From Paraspadella gotoi (lineage: Eukaryota; Animalia; Chaetognatha): a stretch of 64,000 nucleotides of DNA. The position numbers and the translations under genes were made by a program. The stretch's first letter is position 1; each line of letters starts with the position of its first letter. Positions 12,601 to 23,877 of this stretch are shown here, piece by piece. The notes beneath the pieces are model-generated. The model was not told where the DNA came from. It was given only the letters and a program-made list of their open reading frames with translations, and searched no databases. Location of the stretch: positions 28,999,930 through 29,063,929 of the forward strand of contig CM119264.1 of NCBI GenBank assembly GCA_051294375.1. The letters run 5' to 3'.

Positions 12601-14674
12601 GTGGCATCTTGTCTGAAAAGTTTTGTGTAAATAAAAGCCACAAAAATTAAAAGGAGGAATTTGATCTTTAAAAGTTGTTTGTACCATAAAAAATTCATCA
12701 TACTTTCATCTCAAATTAGGTAGTTAATGAGATTAGATTGATAATCTCCGAAGAAATCATGTCTTACCGTATTTTTAACTCATAGAAATTTAACTGAACA
12801 GTACTAGGTATTAAGAATGAGATAACCATAGCAAACCGTTTTTTTAAACAAAGAAAACTTCATACAATCACTGAGATCAAAAGAGATGGTAATATTTAAG
12901 TTCAGAAATCGTTATCTAAAGGACGTCGATCGTACGTGGAGCCGAAGAATGTTTTTTATCTCACCTCAGTTTGTATTTTCGATCACTGTAAAAGTCCTTG
13001 TCATGTTTTTTAAGCCGATAATTTGTGTCAATAGTCGCAACTTCTCCATGGGCAAAGAAAATGACCTGAATTAAGAAAAGTTAAAACTAGTTTGTTCGGC
13101 AATGTTAATTTCTAACAATGTAAAAATATTTTGGTATTTTAAACTGCACCTGACACAACTCCAAACTGCTCCTGACACAACTCCAAACTGCACCTGACAA
13201 AACTCCAAACTGCACCTGACACAACTCATAAGTGTCTCTACCTGATGTTCATCAATATGATAAACTTTTGGGTCATTGACTTTCATCTCTCGGGTGAAGT
13301 TGCAGTCAATTGTAGTGTTGAAGGCGACGGCAGAGATATTGGTCAGGCCTGGGCAAGATGGATTGTAATCATGATAAAAATAATTTTAAATATACGGTTG
13401 CAATATATATATATAAAAAGCCGTTATATTCTTTAACTCTGACCAAGACTTGGATTTGACATTAGGACGTTTCCAAATGGGTTAATTGTGTTCCACGAGG
13501 CGGCCACCTCAACGCTCCCGTTCAACATCGCACAGTGGATAACGCTGTGATGAATATTTATCAATTTTATTTTTATATAATTTTGGTACAACCAATGTGA
13601 AATTCTAATTTTTTTTTATTAAACCTGCTATCTTGCGCCTGACATTGGACAATTGGACAGACTATAGTGGGTTAAGTCCTTCATCTCTCTCACAAGATAA
13701 TAACAAAGAGGAAACTCATAGCTTTTAATCAAGACTCTCTCTCTCTCTCATAGTTTATTTACTCCCACAGTGCTTGGCTTCCCTATCAATGATGTGTTAT
13801 AATGTTTTAAAGAACTTACCACTCCCTAACTATTAGATAAGGGAATACTATGGCAACAGCCGGGTTGCCTGTGATGCCCATTGGGATGGGGCATCTCACT
13901 GTTGGCTTTAGGGGCTTCCGACCCTCAGTGAGGCCTCCAGTCACTGGCGCGGTTACCCTAGGACGGTCTCGCTTTGCCAACGCAGAGGGAAGTCGTTAGG
14001 ACTGTGGATGGAACACTACGCCTGGGATGGTGTGTTCCCCCTCTGAGCCAATGGATTTGGCTGACGGATGGTGGACGTGAGGCGGTGTGAATATACCGCC
14101 ACAATACTATACTTTGATTATTATGATATTGGTACATGAAATATAAAAATGATCCATCTGAGGCGACTTATGATCGGTCTCTCTCTCTCTCTCTCAACCC
14201 TTTCTCTTTCCTGGTGGAGGACGGTAAATCCACTCGGTCGCCTCACAATGTGAGGCTTATATCCCTTCGATAACTATTTTAGTTCTCTTAGACTCACCCG
14301 TTCCTTACCTGTCCAAGCCCATCTTCGAGTCCGGTGAAAGGCCCATGGCGATATAACCGCTTCCATTGTGATTCGTTTTTCCGTGAAGTCGAAAGTCAAT
14401 CACGTCCCCGTTCGGCATCCAATCCAGTTGGTATATGCAATCGCTTCCTATCGTTTGGATTTTGGTTCGTTCATATTGGAGACACAGCAATGGACGAAGA
14501 TAGTCGAAAGGTTCGCATCGGGCATTTCGTCTTACCGCAATCATTGGGATGTTTGAGAGAGAACCAAGAGCCGAATTGCTGAAGCGTGTGACGGATTTTT
14601 GAGGCGTCGACCAATGACGTCACGCTTATCGTCACGATCATCACCCAACTCAGTGATTTGAAAGAGAGTCCCAT
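9610..14674 (-). CDS. DOMON + cytochrome b561 ferric-chelate reductase (FRRS1/SDR2-like), 9 exons, about 450 aa
   Basis: Hand-spliced GT-AG exons: 14674-14536, 14447-14309, 13544-13444, 13348-13242, 13065-12965, 11064-10820, 10731-10588, 10400-10281, 9866-9610. They sum to 1353 nt with consistent phases. The protein has a hydrophobic N-terminus, DOMON motifs (GYIAMGLSPDSKMGLDSVIHC..ASWN, IDCNFTR, FFAHG), a Thr/Pro linker and a b561 domain with four heme His (KLHG, WFAAH, KLHT, NLVHA). Intron 1 and the last exon are less certain. Confidence 0.9.
9895..10068. repeat. 55-bp intronic tandem repeat, 3 units
   Basis: TTGTA starts at 9901, 9956 and 10011. Confidence 0.9.
12062..12103. repeat. Intronic palindrome
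   Basis: ATCGACAGATTTTGCG-GAAATATTTT-CGCAAAATCTGTCGAT. Confidence 0.8.
13141..13227. repeat. 22-bp intronic tandem repeat, 4 units
   Basis: AAACTGCACCTGACACAACTCC repeated. Confidence 0.9.
13901..13981 (-). ncRNA. Twister self-cleaving ribozyme, circularly permuted type P5
   Basis: The minus strand reads GUUGGC AAA GCGA GACCG UCCUAGGG U^AA CCGC GC CAGUGA-9nt-UCACUG AGGG UCGGAAGC CCCU AAA GCCAAC. Pairings: P5 6 bp, P2 3 of 4 bp, P3 6 bp, P4 4 bp, T1 pseudoknot CGG/CCG, T2 GC/GC. The conserved UAA, GA and L4 AAGC are present. Predicted cut between 13955 and 13954. Confidence 0.8.
14006..14051 (-). promoter_or_regulatory. Pol III type-2-like A box/B box upstream of the twister in the solo LTR
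   Basis: Minus strand TGGCTCAGAGG (A-box-like) followed about 30 nt later by GTTCCATCC (B-box-like). Confidence 0.4.
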
Positions 14675-14918
14675 TATCTCACCGATGCAGAGGCTTTAAT
14701 AAAAATTCATTTAAATATCACTTTTCTTTTACGAAAATTAAATTACCGACAGATTTGTCGGTACCGACTATTAGTAAATTTTGCTAATTACTTATTTTAC
14801 TATACTAAAATTAATTTTTATTTGATTGGTTTTCAAACCGTATGGATCGAAACGCTCTGACGCTCAAATCGGGCTGGGCTTTTGTACTCGACGATGGCAC
14901 GGCCACGAGGACCTCACT

Positions 14919-14978
<60 letters not shown>

Positions 14979-15448
14979 CTCTTTCTCTCTCTCACTCGTC
15001 ATTGATTGAATCCAGTTGAGCAACTTCGATTTCAAATCGATTCAAGAAGAGAAAGAAAACAGGTAATTAAATAGATAAATTCGATTGAATCCGCACAATT
15101 AGTCGAGAACTCAGAAACTTACTTGATAAATGTATAGTTGAAAAGTTGAAATGTTTAATGTATGTATAAATATCCAATCAAACTGTACGTATGATCAGTT
15201 ACTTTCTGGCATTTGATATCAATCGTGTTTTGCATTGTAGAGATGATCAGTCTTGATCAGATGATTAGTGCAATGGTCTTTCTCTCTATCTCTCTCTCTT
15301 CATTCATCTATCTATTTATTATTAAATGTATATTAGATAAAAGAGAACAGGCTGTTAAAGAAGTTGCGGATAGCACTCTTTAGCCCCACTTAGCGCCATA
15401 TCCACATATTCTTACAGACAAAGAAAGATTTTTATTTAAATTGTTAAA

Positions 15449-15930
15449 TAACAAGTTTGAGCAAACAATGCCGGATCTGCCCACGATCATTAGCGGTAAG
15501 CAGCTAATCAGATAATTAATTAATTAATATTAATTTTTTTTATTCGTGTCAAAATCGTTTTCCACTTTGTCTCGCCTCTCAATCACAAAACAGCAATCTC
15601 GATCACAAAATTAATTAATTAATTAATTACAAATAATTAATTAATTACTTATTTATTAATAATTAATTAATGCAGCTTGAATTTACATTTAATATAAAAA
15701 TAAAAAAAGCATAATCAAATAGTGAAATAGATTGTTTTTTTAATTTTTACTCATTTCCACTTGGACGATTCCATGGAAACTTTATTTTCTGCTTAATCAC
15801 ACACTTTCCTATCAACGTACAAAATGTGAAGTCAATCGCCCCATTCACTAATGAGTAATTGGCTTGAAATATATTTTTTGGGGTTTTTTCCATTTTAACT
15901 CATTTGCACTCGGACGATTCCGGCTAAAAA
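15449..15930 (+). mobile_element. Family D copy (duplicated at about 29270-29790)
   Basis: Same start motif and AT-rich body as the 8610 copy. Confidence 0.65.
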
Positions 15931-16262
15931 CTTTTATCTTACCCGGAGTGCTTTGAGAAGTACTATACTAATGAAAGTTTCTGACACCCAATGAGAAAAA
16001 AAATGAAAACCGGATTTTTTTTCCAGGGCTTAAAATATTTTTATGAAACTTATAAAATTAAAAAAAAAAAAGATAAATAATACAAAACGTATGTATAAAT
16101 GTATTTAGATCTACTTTTTTTAACGATTTTGCTAACTTTATTAGTTGTCGAGTCATATTAAGATAATCTTTCAGTTATTTTCTTTTCAAGAGGATTATAT
16201 TAGTGACTTCGCTCTTTGAGTATCTCTCTCTCTCTCGCTCTCTTCTCTCTCTCCTCGCTCTC

Positions 16263-16307
<45 letters not shown>

Positions 16308-16314
16308 CTGCGCT

Positions 16315-16351
<37 letters not shown>

Positions 16352-16705
16352 CTCATCCTTCACTCTCACTGTCTTTGTTTGTCCGGATCTGTTTCTGGCA
16401 AGAGATTTTCCTTTTCGCGAGAAACAAGATTAATTTGAATATTCATTTGGGGTAAGTATAAATACATTTCTTGCTACAATAACAATGAATTTCAGTCTTT
16501 TTTTATTGTAAGTGAAATGTTTTTGTACTTTTAAATGTTTTCTTGTCTTATTTATATGCTTTACATTTTAATATATGTTTTTTAGGAATCTTTTTTAACT
16601 TAGGGGACCAAATGTTAAAGAGAGAAAAGTGACAATTTTGTGAAATATATTATTACAAAATGATCATCTCTTATATGAGCATATTTCTTTTATTTTTCGT
16701 TATGT

Positions 16706-16742
<37 letters not shown>

Positions 16743-17228
16743 TGTTCTTCAGATTTCGGATTTAAGGATTCGCTGACTGAGCATTTTTTTTATTAATTAA
16801 ACAATTTCGATGCTTTTGTCATCGTCGTCATCGTCGTCGTCGTCGTCATCATTACTCGGCGACCAGAATTTAAAACTATTACAAGATTACACGATTTGAT
16901 TCAACGGTACTATAGTCATAGATGTGTTAAAAAGACGAAGGATGTCAATTTTATTACCTATTTTATAATATTTATTTCCGACGACAATAAAATATATAAT
17001 TTTTTTTTTTAAACAATTGGAATTTTATAACCGTTAGTTTTTCCTCTCGCATTTATATTGCTGCCAAAATAAATTTTTAATCGGCAATAAGATGTGAAGA
17101 GTAATAATATCTTAGGGTAAAAAATCGGGCGTGACGCAATAAAATGCGATTCTTTCACATAATTTTTTCTCACTCCGACTCCTCACCATATTTTTCAAAA
17201 GCCGAAAATTTCAGCTTAAATTCAAAAT

Positions 17229-17410
17229 TAGGTTTCAAGAGTTAAGGGTGAGAGATAAGGATTAGGAATAAGGATTAGGTATAAGGATAAGGATTAGGGA
17301 TAAGGTTTAGGGACAAGGATTAGGGATAAGGATTAGGGAGAAGGATTAGGGATAAGAATTAGGATTAGGATTAAGATTAGGTTTAGGATTTGGTATAGAG
17401 TGTAAGGTTA
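17229..17410 (+). repeat. Degenerate TTAGG(G/A)-like hexamer array; similar arrays at 40575-40925 and 49255-49400
   Basis: Interspersed TTAGGG, TTAGGA and ATAAGG units. The 40.6-kb array has a higher-order period of about 60 bp. Confidence 0.75.
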
Positions 17411-17544
17411 CATCTTGGTGTGCTTAAAATTAGGTCAGGGATTAAGGACAAGTCCGGGACGCCTTTTGTAAAATAGTGCACAATAATTTCAACTACTTTT
17501 TTCTTTTCCCTCTTCATAATTAGATTTTCCACCTACGTCTTGAC

Positions 17545-18190
17545 GAGACTCAACTCGACTCGACTCTACTCGACCTGACTTGCTTGACTCGCCTCGCCTC
17601 GACTCGCCTCGACTCAACTTTTGACTTGAATCTTGACTTGAATTTTGATTTGACTCTTGACTTGACGTTATTTTAAGGTTACATCTTGGTGTTAAAATTA
17701 AGGTCAGGGATTAGGAACAGTCCGGGACACTTTTGTAAAATAGTGCAAATAATTTTAACTACTATTTTTTCTTTCCCTCTTCATAATTAGATTTTCCACC
17801 TACGTCTTGACTAGACTCAACTCGACTCGACTCTACTCGACCTGACTCGCTTGAATCGACTCGACTCGACTCGACTCGACTCGACTCGACTCGACTCGAC
17901 TCGACTCGACTCGACTCGACTTGACCTGACTTGCCTCGCCTCGCCTGACTCGACTTTTGACTTGAATCTTGACTTGACTTTTGACTTGACTTGTGATTTG
18001 ACTTTTGATTTAACTCTTGACTTGACTTTTGATATAACTCTTGACTTGACTTTTGACTTGACTTTTGATTTGACTTTTGATTTGACTTTTGACTTGACTT
18101 TTGATTTGACTCTTGACTTGACTTTTGATTTGACTCTTGACTTGAAATTTGACTTGACTTTTGACTTGACTTTTGACTTCACTTGACATT
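17545..18190. repeat. (GACTC)n and (TTTGACTTGACT)n satellite within a local duplication of about 270 bp
   Basis: Pentamer run at 17850-17920 and 12-mer run at 17955-18180. 17404-17670 is repeated from 17675. Confidence 0.85.
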
Positions 18191-18720
18191 TGATCAGACT
18201 TTACTACCCAAACTCCCGAAGATGTTCTTTTCGTGGACAAATTGACAAAGATTTCAAAGGTTGCAACGAGAAAGGGAAATTGAGGTCGGGATGAGGGAAG
18301 AAAGGAAAGGGGAAAGGAAATTGAGGTAGGGACCCACTCAGTTGTCAATGTCATAGAAAAGGATCTCGGCTCTCGGCTTTTCCTTCTCATTGTTTGGTTG
18401 AGGGTTCCGTCTCTTAGAGCATATCTTATAAGTTATAACATCCTTGTAATGTGAGGAGGGAGAGACTAACAGTTACATTTTCACTTTTCACTTCCCCCTC
18501 CTCTGCCTCTCCTCTTTACCTCCTTTATCTCTTCCTCCACCTCCTCCCATCTCCTGCATCTCCCCCTCCTCTTCCTCCCCCCATCTCCTGCTCCTCCCCC
18601 TCCTCTTCCTCCCCCATATCCTGCACACCCACCACTTCTTCCTCCGCCACCCACAACGGCGTCGATTCCGCCTTCGAGAGGCGAAGAATTTATTTCTTTC
18701 TTCCAAATCAAAATCATCTC

Positions 18721-18752
<32 letters not shown>

Positions 18753-19050
18753 TNNNNNNNNNNNNNNNNNNNNNNNNNNNNNNNNNNNNNNNNNNNNNNN
18801 NNNNNNNNNNNNNNNNNNNNNNNNNNNNNNNNNNNNNNNNNNNNNNNNNNNNGACGAACTCCGCCTTCGAGAGGCGAAGAATTTATTTCTTTCTTCCAAA
18901 TCAAGAATCATCTCTCTTCTTCTTTCTTTCTTTCTTTCTTTCTTTTCTTGTCTTCTTTTCTTTCTTTCTTTCTTTCTTTCTTATTAATTCTTTCTTTCTT
19001 TCACAGAGGAGATTTTGTACGTTATTTTCCGGATTAGATGAGAGAGAGGT

Positions 19051-19089
<39 letters not shown>

Positions 19090-19594
19090 GCGCCCTAGGC
19101 GATTAGGTCAGACAACAAGCCGCCAATCGTTTCGTCAACTTTTTATTCAATTTTTTTTCAGCCTCAGAATCAGATGGTTCTCAGTCAGATGGTTCTCTTC
19201 GGTCTTAGTCATTGCCGGTGTTACAGGAAAGAATATTCTGGCACGACGACACCACATTACCGTTCATATTAATCAATTAACCAATTAACCAATTAATAAA
19301 AAAGTTCTTGCCTTTCGTTGGAATGTCACGCTTGTACGCCGAGCGGGAACGCAACGCGAGAAAGCCAAGATAATATGCGCAAGACGAAGACGCCACGCTT
19401 TGCCACGCTTTGCCACGCTAGCCTCGCCACGCTCCCGCCACGCGATGAGGATCGTTTTTCCGTCTATGAATTNNNNNNNNNNNNNNNNNNNNNNNNNGGC
19501 GAATGTTTACTTCCTTCTTTTCGTTCGGAAGATCCCAATTTCCTCTGCCCGTGTTGATGGCGTCCTGTCGGTGAGCGTCGGGTTGATGTATGGC

Positions 19595-19955
19595 GGAGGG
19601 GTGGCAGGGATGTGGAAGGAGGTAGGTGGAGGGGTGTGGAAGGAGGGGCGTGTGAAGGAGGGCGTGGGAGGGACGCCGTGTGGAAGGAGGGATGTGGAAG
19701 GAGGGGCAGGGATGTGAAGGAGGAGGGGGGAGGGATGTGGACAGGAAGGCGGGAGGGATGTGAAGGAGAGGGCGAGCGGATGTGGAAGGAGGGGAGAGGG
19801 ATGTGGAAGTGTAGGGGGAGCGGATGTGGAAGGACGGGGGGAGGGATGTGGAAGCGAAGGGGGAGGGTGTGAAGGAAGGGGGAGGGATGCTGGAAAGGAG
19901 GGGGCTGGAGGATTGTGGCAAGGAGGGGGGGTCTATTGCGGAAGGAGGGGGTGCA
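19595..19955 (+). repeat. G-rich tandem repeat of about 20 bp (GGGATGTGGAAGGAGGGG); longer copy at 33580-34262
   Basis: Direct inspection; strongly strand-biased G tracts. Confidence 0.85.
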
Positions 19956-22429
19956 GCAGTGTTATCCACACCGTGGAAAAGTTCATGTCTCGACTTTTAG
20001 GCAATTTTCTGATTGATTTTTGGCAAATATCTTGTCTTTAAACTCCGTTTGCCATTATCTATTAAACGTTATTTCGTTTTTGTCTTAGTACGAATTATTA
20101 TTTCAGTGCAGTCTTTGCTTTTTTTGTTTTTTTTTTTTTTTTCCGATGCAAATTGTGAATTTTTTGATTGCATGGTTTGGTACCACAAATCATTATATCA
20201 CCGTCAGAAAATTAACTAATTTTTTATAAAAACCAATATATTTTTAATTTAATCAATTCAACAGCTCTTTCGCTTAAGGTTTTCTGTTGACATATATATT
20301 TGTTTATTTTAATTGATGAATGAAAGTGCCAATACAGTGTGCGATTAAGTTGGCCAGAAGTGATTTAAGAATGAAATGAAGCCTCCGAGAATTTCCTTAA
20401 GGTTCAGCTTTAAGTTGTCGGGATATTTAGGGATAATCATCGAAACTTTAACTTCAAAGAAGGCGCATTTCAAATAAAAAAGCTGGGGTTGGCTGTCGAG
20501 AGAGCATAACCCTTGTTTGCGTTTTTTTTGCTGGGTTTTTTCGTTTTAAGAAAGAAATCATGGACGCTTGCAAGTTAACTAGTTTATGTAAATCCGAAAT
20601 TTTTTATTTTCTATATAAAGTTAACTAAGAAGTTGCGGAGTCGACGAAAGAGAGATGAGAGGAGAAAAGAGAGAGAGAAAAAAGAAAAGAGAAGAAGAAG
20701 AGACTAGGAGAAGAAGAGGGAAGAAGAAAAGAGAGGCTGAACGAATCAGCGATGCTGCGTTGATAAGCTAAGAGAGAGAAAGAGAAGAGAGAGATGACGA
20801 TGAGAGAGAGAGCACGAGAAGAGGAGAAGACACGAGATGAGAAAGAGAGCAGAAAGAGAAGGGAGAGAGAAAAAAAAAAAAAAAAAGAGAGCAGAGAGAG
20901 AGAGAGCGAGAAGAGATGAGGAGAGAGAGAGAGAGCATCGTAACTAAGCCTCTGCAGCATGTGAATCATATACATACACATGTGACACTCATATCCATCT
21001 AGTGAGATAAATGCACAAAGATCGTAGATACAGTTCACTCTCTGAGAGAAAGACTATGAACGAGTCTCGTGCATACTCTCTTGATTGAACGCTCTAATGG
21101 TACTCTGCATTAACAACTCGTCTTGACAGCACACTCATCAAATCTCTTCTCCTAATTAAACGACTCACTCCTCTAGTGATACAGTAGCCTCTCCTCCTCC
21201 GTTCATATCGCATCTCTCCTTACTCTCTTTACACTCTCCTCTCTTACAACTCTCTTACAACTCTCTCTAACATCTATATTTTAAACTCTGGCTCTTTACC
21301 TCTCTTCTTATTCCATTGAACATAACTACCCTAATTGAACCCACTCTCTCTTTTTTGCCATACAACCGCTACTCTTACTACCTCCGTAATGATTTTTGAT
21401 TAACTACCGCCGTACTTTTGCTACTCCTCTAACCTAAACTAAATTTCGACTTGCCGTATCGTCTATAACCATACTATTCAAGCAATTCGAACTTCTTTTT
21501 TCTATTACCCATACTCATTAAATCAAGATTGATGCTTCGATTAAGTCATAATAAAGGGCATCGTTACGCTCATTATTGACATAGTCAGTCTTATGATGCT
21601 TCTGACTGACATCTCATTCATTTAACTTTTCTACAATCGTCTAAGCTTGATTACGACTTACTCTCTCTTCTTCATGACCTCAATTGGATAAACTCCAATT
21701 CACTTCATCACATATCTCGTAACTTACTAAAGCATAACATGCCTCTCGTCTGCTTTTCTTATACTGTGAGTGAAAGTAACGAATCGTGTTAAAGTAGCAG
21801 TCTATAAACAACTCTCTCTCTCTGAGAGAGAGACTGAGTATAATTGAACTCATCTAGACGCAAGAAGAAAGTACAAGTGTCTCTCTACTATTAAATTAAA
21901 CCCTATCGAACAATTCTCTGACGATGTTAAATCTCCTTTTCGTGATTCTTCTTGTCTATGCATACATAACATGATCGCCTCGTCCATAACTACTCTTAAT
22001 AATCGCGATATAAAATAGTAACAACAATCTGGCATACCTCCAAATACCCTACTATACATCCTACTTATAATCATCTTACTACTACATCTAACTTAATCAA
22101 CCGCCCTATACCTCCCCACTGCATCTTCGCCTATCTAAGACCGAAAAGAAAAATATTAAGGGTGATAAAAAAGGCGACGACGAAAAAGAAAATCTCTTCT
22201 CCGGTGAAATGAACAAAATAATAAATAATAAACAAACAAAATCAAAAAAAAACTATGAGCTGTGAATACAACTTTGGTTCGTTCACGAGTTGATCCCTGA
22301 TTAATTCGTGAATCATTCATCGCCTCACGAATGTGAAATCAAAGGAACAAAACAAAGACGAAATAGGGGATGCAAAAGTGTATATCGGTGACTCTTTCTC
22401 GCTCTCTCTTTCTCTCTCTCTTTTATTTT

Positions 22430-22998
22430 TGTGGATAAGGCGCTACGTGGGCTGAAGATGACTGTCCGTAACTTCTATAACCCCCTCTAGCAGCCATGGA
22501 ACGGGTCCCTGGGCTTGGAACCAGGCTTGAGGGTCACAACTGAAAGTGTCATGATTCTAGGCGGGGTGAACCTAGGCAATGCCCGACTACATGCCCCCCA
22601 GATTGTAACCCACCCTGCACTGCTTCCAGTGGAGGGAGGGGAGCAATCTTCAGCTAGACCAAGGGCCTGGAATCAGAAGGTTGGAATACGCTCGACAGGA
22701 TGGGCTCACCAGTGTGGTTAAGGCGCTACGTGGTCTGAAGATGACTGTCCGTAACTTCTATAACCCCCTCTAGCAGCCATGGAACGGGTCCCTGGGCTTG
22801 GAACCAGGCTTGAGGGTTTGCCATGCCCCCAAGGCGGCTAACGGCCGTCCTCACGCTTCCCGCAGGGTAGGTACCGGGTTGGGATTGAACCCGATACCTA
22901 GTGGTCATGAGCTGATGGCTTTACTCAATGAGCCACCGGGTCACAACTGAAAGTGACATGATTCTAGGCGGGGTGAACCTAGGCAATGCCCAACTACA
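22430..22998 (-). mobile_element. TRIM-like element, family B, with a 124-bp deletion in the 3' LTR
   Basis: 5' LTR 22998-22713 (286 bp), internal region 22712-22592 (121 bp, PBS and PPT), 3' LTR 22591-22430 (162 bp). The termini match the 63-kb copy. Flanks TTTT/TTTC form an imperfect TSD. Confidence 0.85.
22784..22863 (-). ncRNA. Twister-like (type P5) module in the 5' LTR
   Basis: GCGGG AA GCGU GAGGA CGGCCG UUA GCC GC [P3] G [CCUGG UUCCAAGC CCAGG] GA CCCGU. It has UUA rather than UAA at the expected cleavage site and a weak P2. Confidence 0.5.
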
Positions 22999-23877
22999 TT
23001 TCTCTTGTTTGTTCACAACTCACAATTTGCTTCGACGGGGATGTCACTCGGATATTTTTTATAAAATTAGTACAACCAATATCATAATTATTCATTCGTT
23101 TTTTAAATGAGTTATCTTGTCCACCATAAAACTAACTTCTCGGTAAAAAATCCTAGTAAATGAACCGGAAATTAAATAAACAAAAAAAAAAAAAAAAAAA
23201 CAATAGATAAGGAAAAATTCATTTCCTGGGCCAAGCTTGCTTCCATGCTTGCTTCCAAGCTTGCCTCCACGCTCTCGTAGTTTCTACAGTTCAAATTTCC
23301 CCTCAGCTGGCGTTTGCCACCCCTGCGACCGACAGGTTGGACTTTAATGGCGTTGCCAGTCGAGGGTGTGTCTTCCCCGCCATTTTAATGATGAACATAA
23401 ATTTTCGTCTAAATCATTGATGCTTCCCGTCCTTCGCGTTGAGGCGTAAAATCTGGGAGAGGGAACAAAAAGCGGGAAAAAGAAAACGGCGAGAGAGAGA
23501 GAGGGAGAGAGAGAGAGAAATAGAGCGAGAGGGAGAGAGGGAGAAAAAAAGAGAGAGAAAGAGAAAGACGGAGAGAGAGAGGAGAGAGAGAGAGGGAGAC
23601 GGGGGAGAGAGAAAGAGACAAAGAGAACGAGTGAAGGAGAGAGAGAGAGATAAAAAGAGAGAGAGTGAGAGAGGGAGTAAAGAAGAAGAAAAAATAAATG
23701 GGAAAACACCAAAAAAAAAAAAAAGAGATAGGAGAATAGAAAGAAAGGGAAAAATAATGGGATAAAAATAAAGAAAAAGGAAAAAAAGGAAAATTCGGGT
23801 GTGAAAAAAAAATTTTGAATTAAAATGAGGAATTTTTTTTATTGAGGTGAAGAGAGGCGGGCGGTTGGGGGGGGGGC

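Larger units (their letters stand above)
13849..14103 (-). mobile_element. Solo LTR (255 bp) in intron 2, family A, carrying a twister ribozyme
   Basis: GC-rich island with termini TATGGC (a TGTGGC variant)...GCCACA and a 4-bp direct flank ATAC at 13845-13848 and 14104-14107. It contains several hairpins. Confidence 0.75.

Noticed and set aside
14160-14260. Second twister-like remnant (minus strand AAAGAGAAAGGGTTG)
   Set aside because: No L4 AAGC loop and no UAA-P2-GC; only a TGAGGCGAC/GTCGCCTCA inverted repeat.
22451-22475. Hammerhead core CTGAAGA in the family B LTR (also 22736 and 63303)
   Set aside because: No stem II followed by GAAA (it reads CGTAAC). The motif is explained by a U5/internal helix.
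22843-22870. HDV-like ribozyme suggested by GCCGTCCTCACGC
   Set aside because: P3 and P1 pairings do not form. It is the reverse complement of the twister GAGGA segment.
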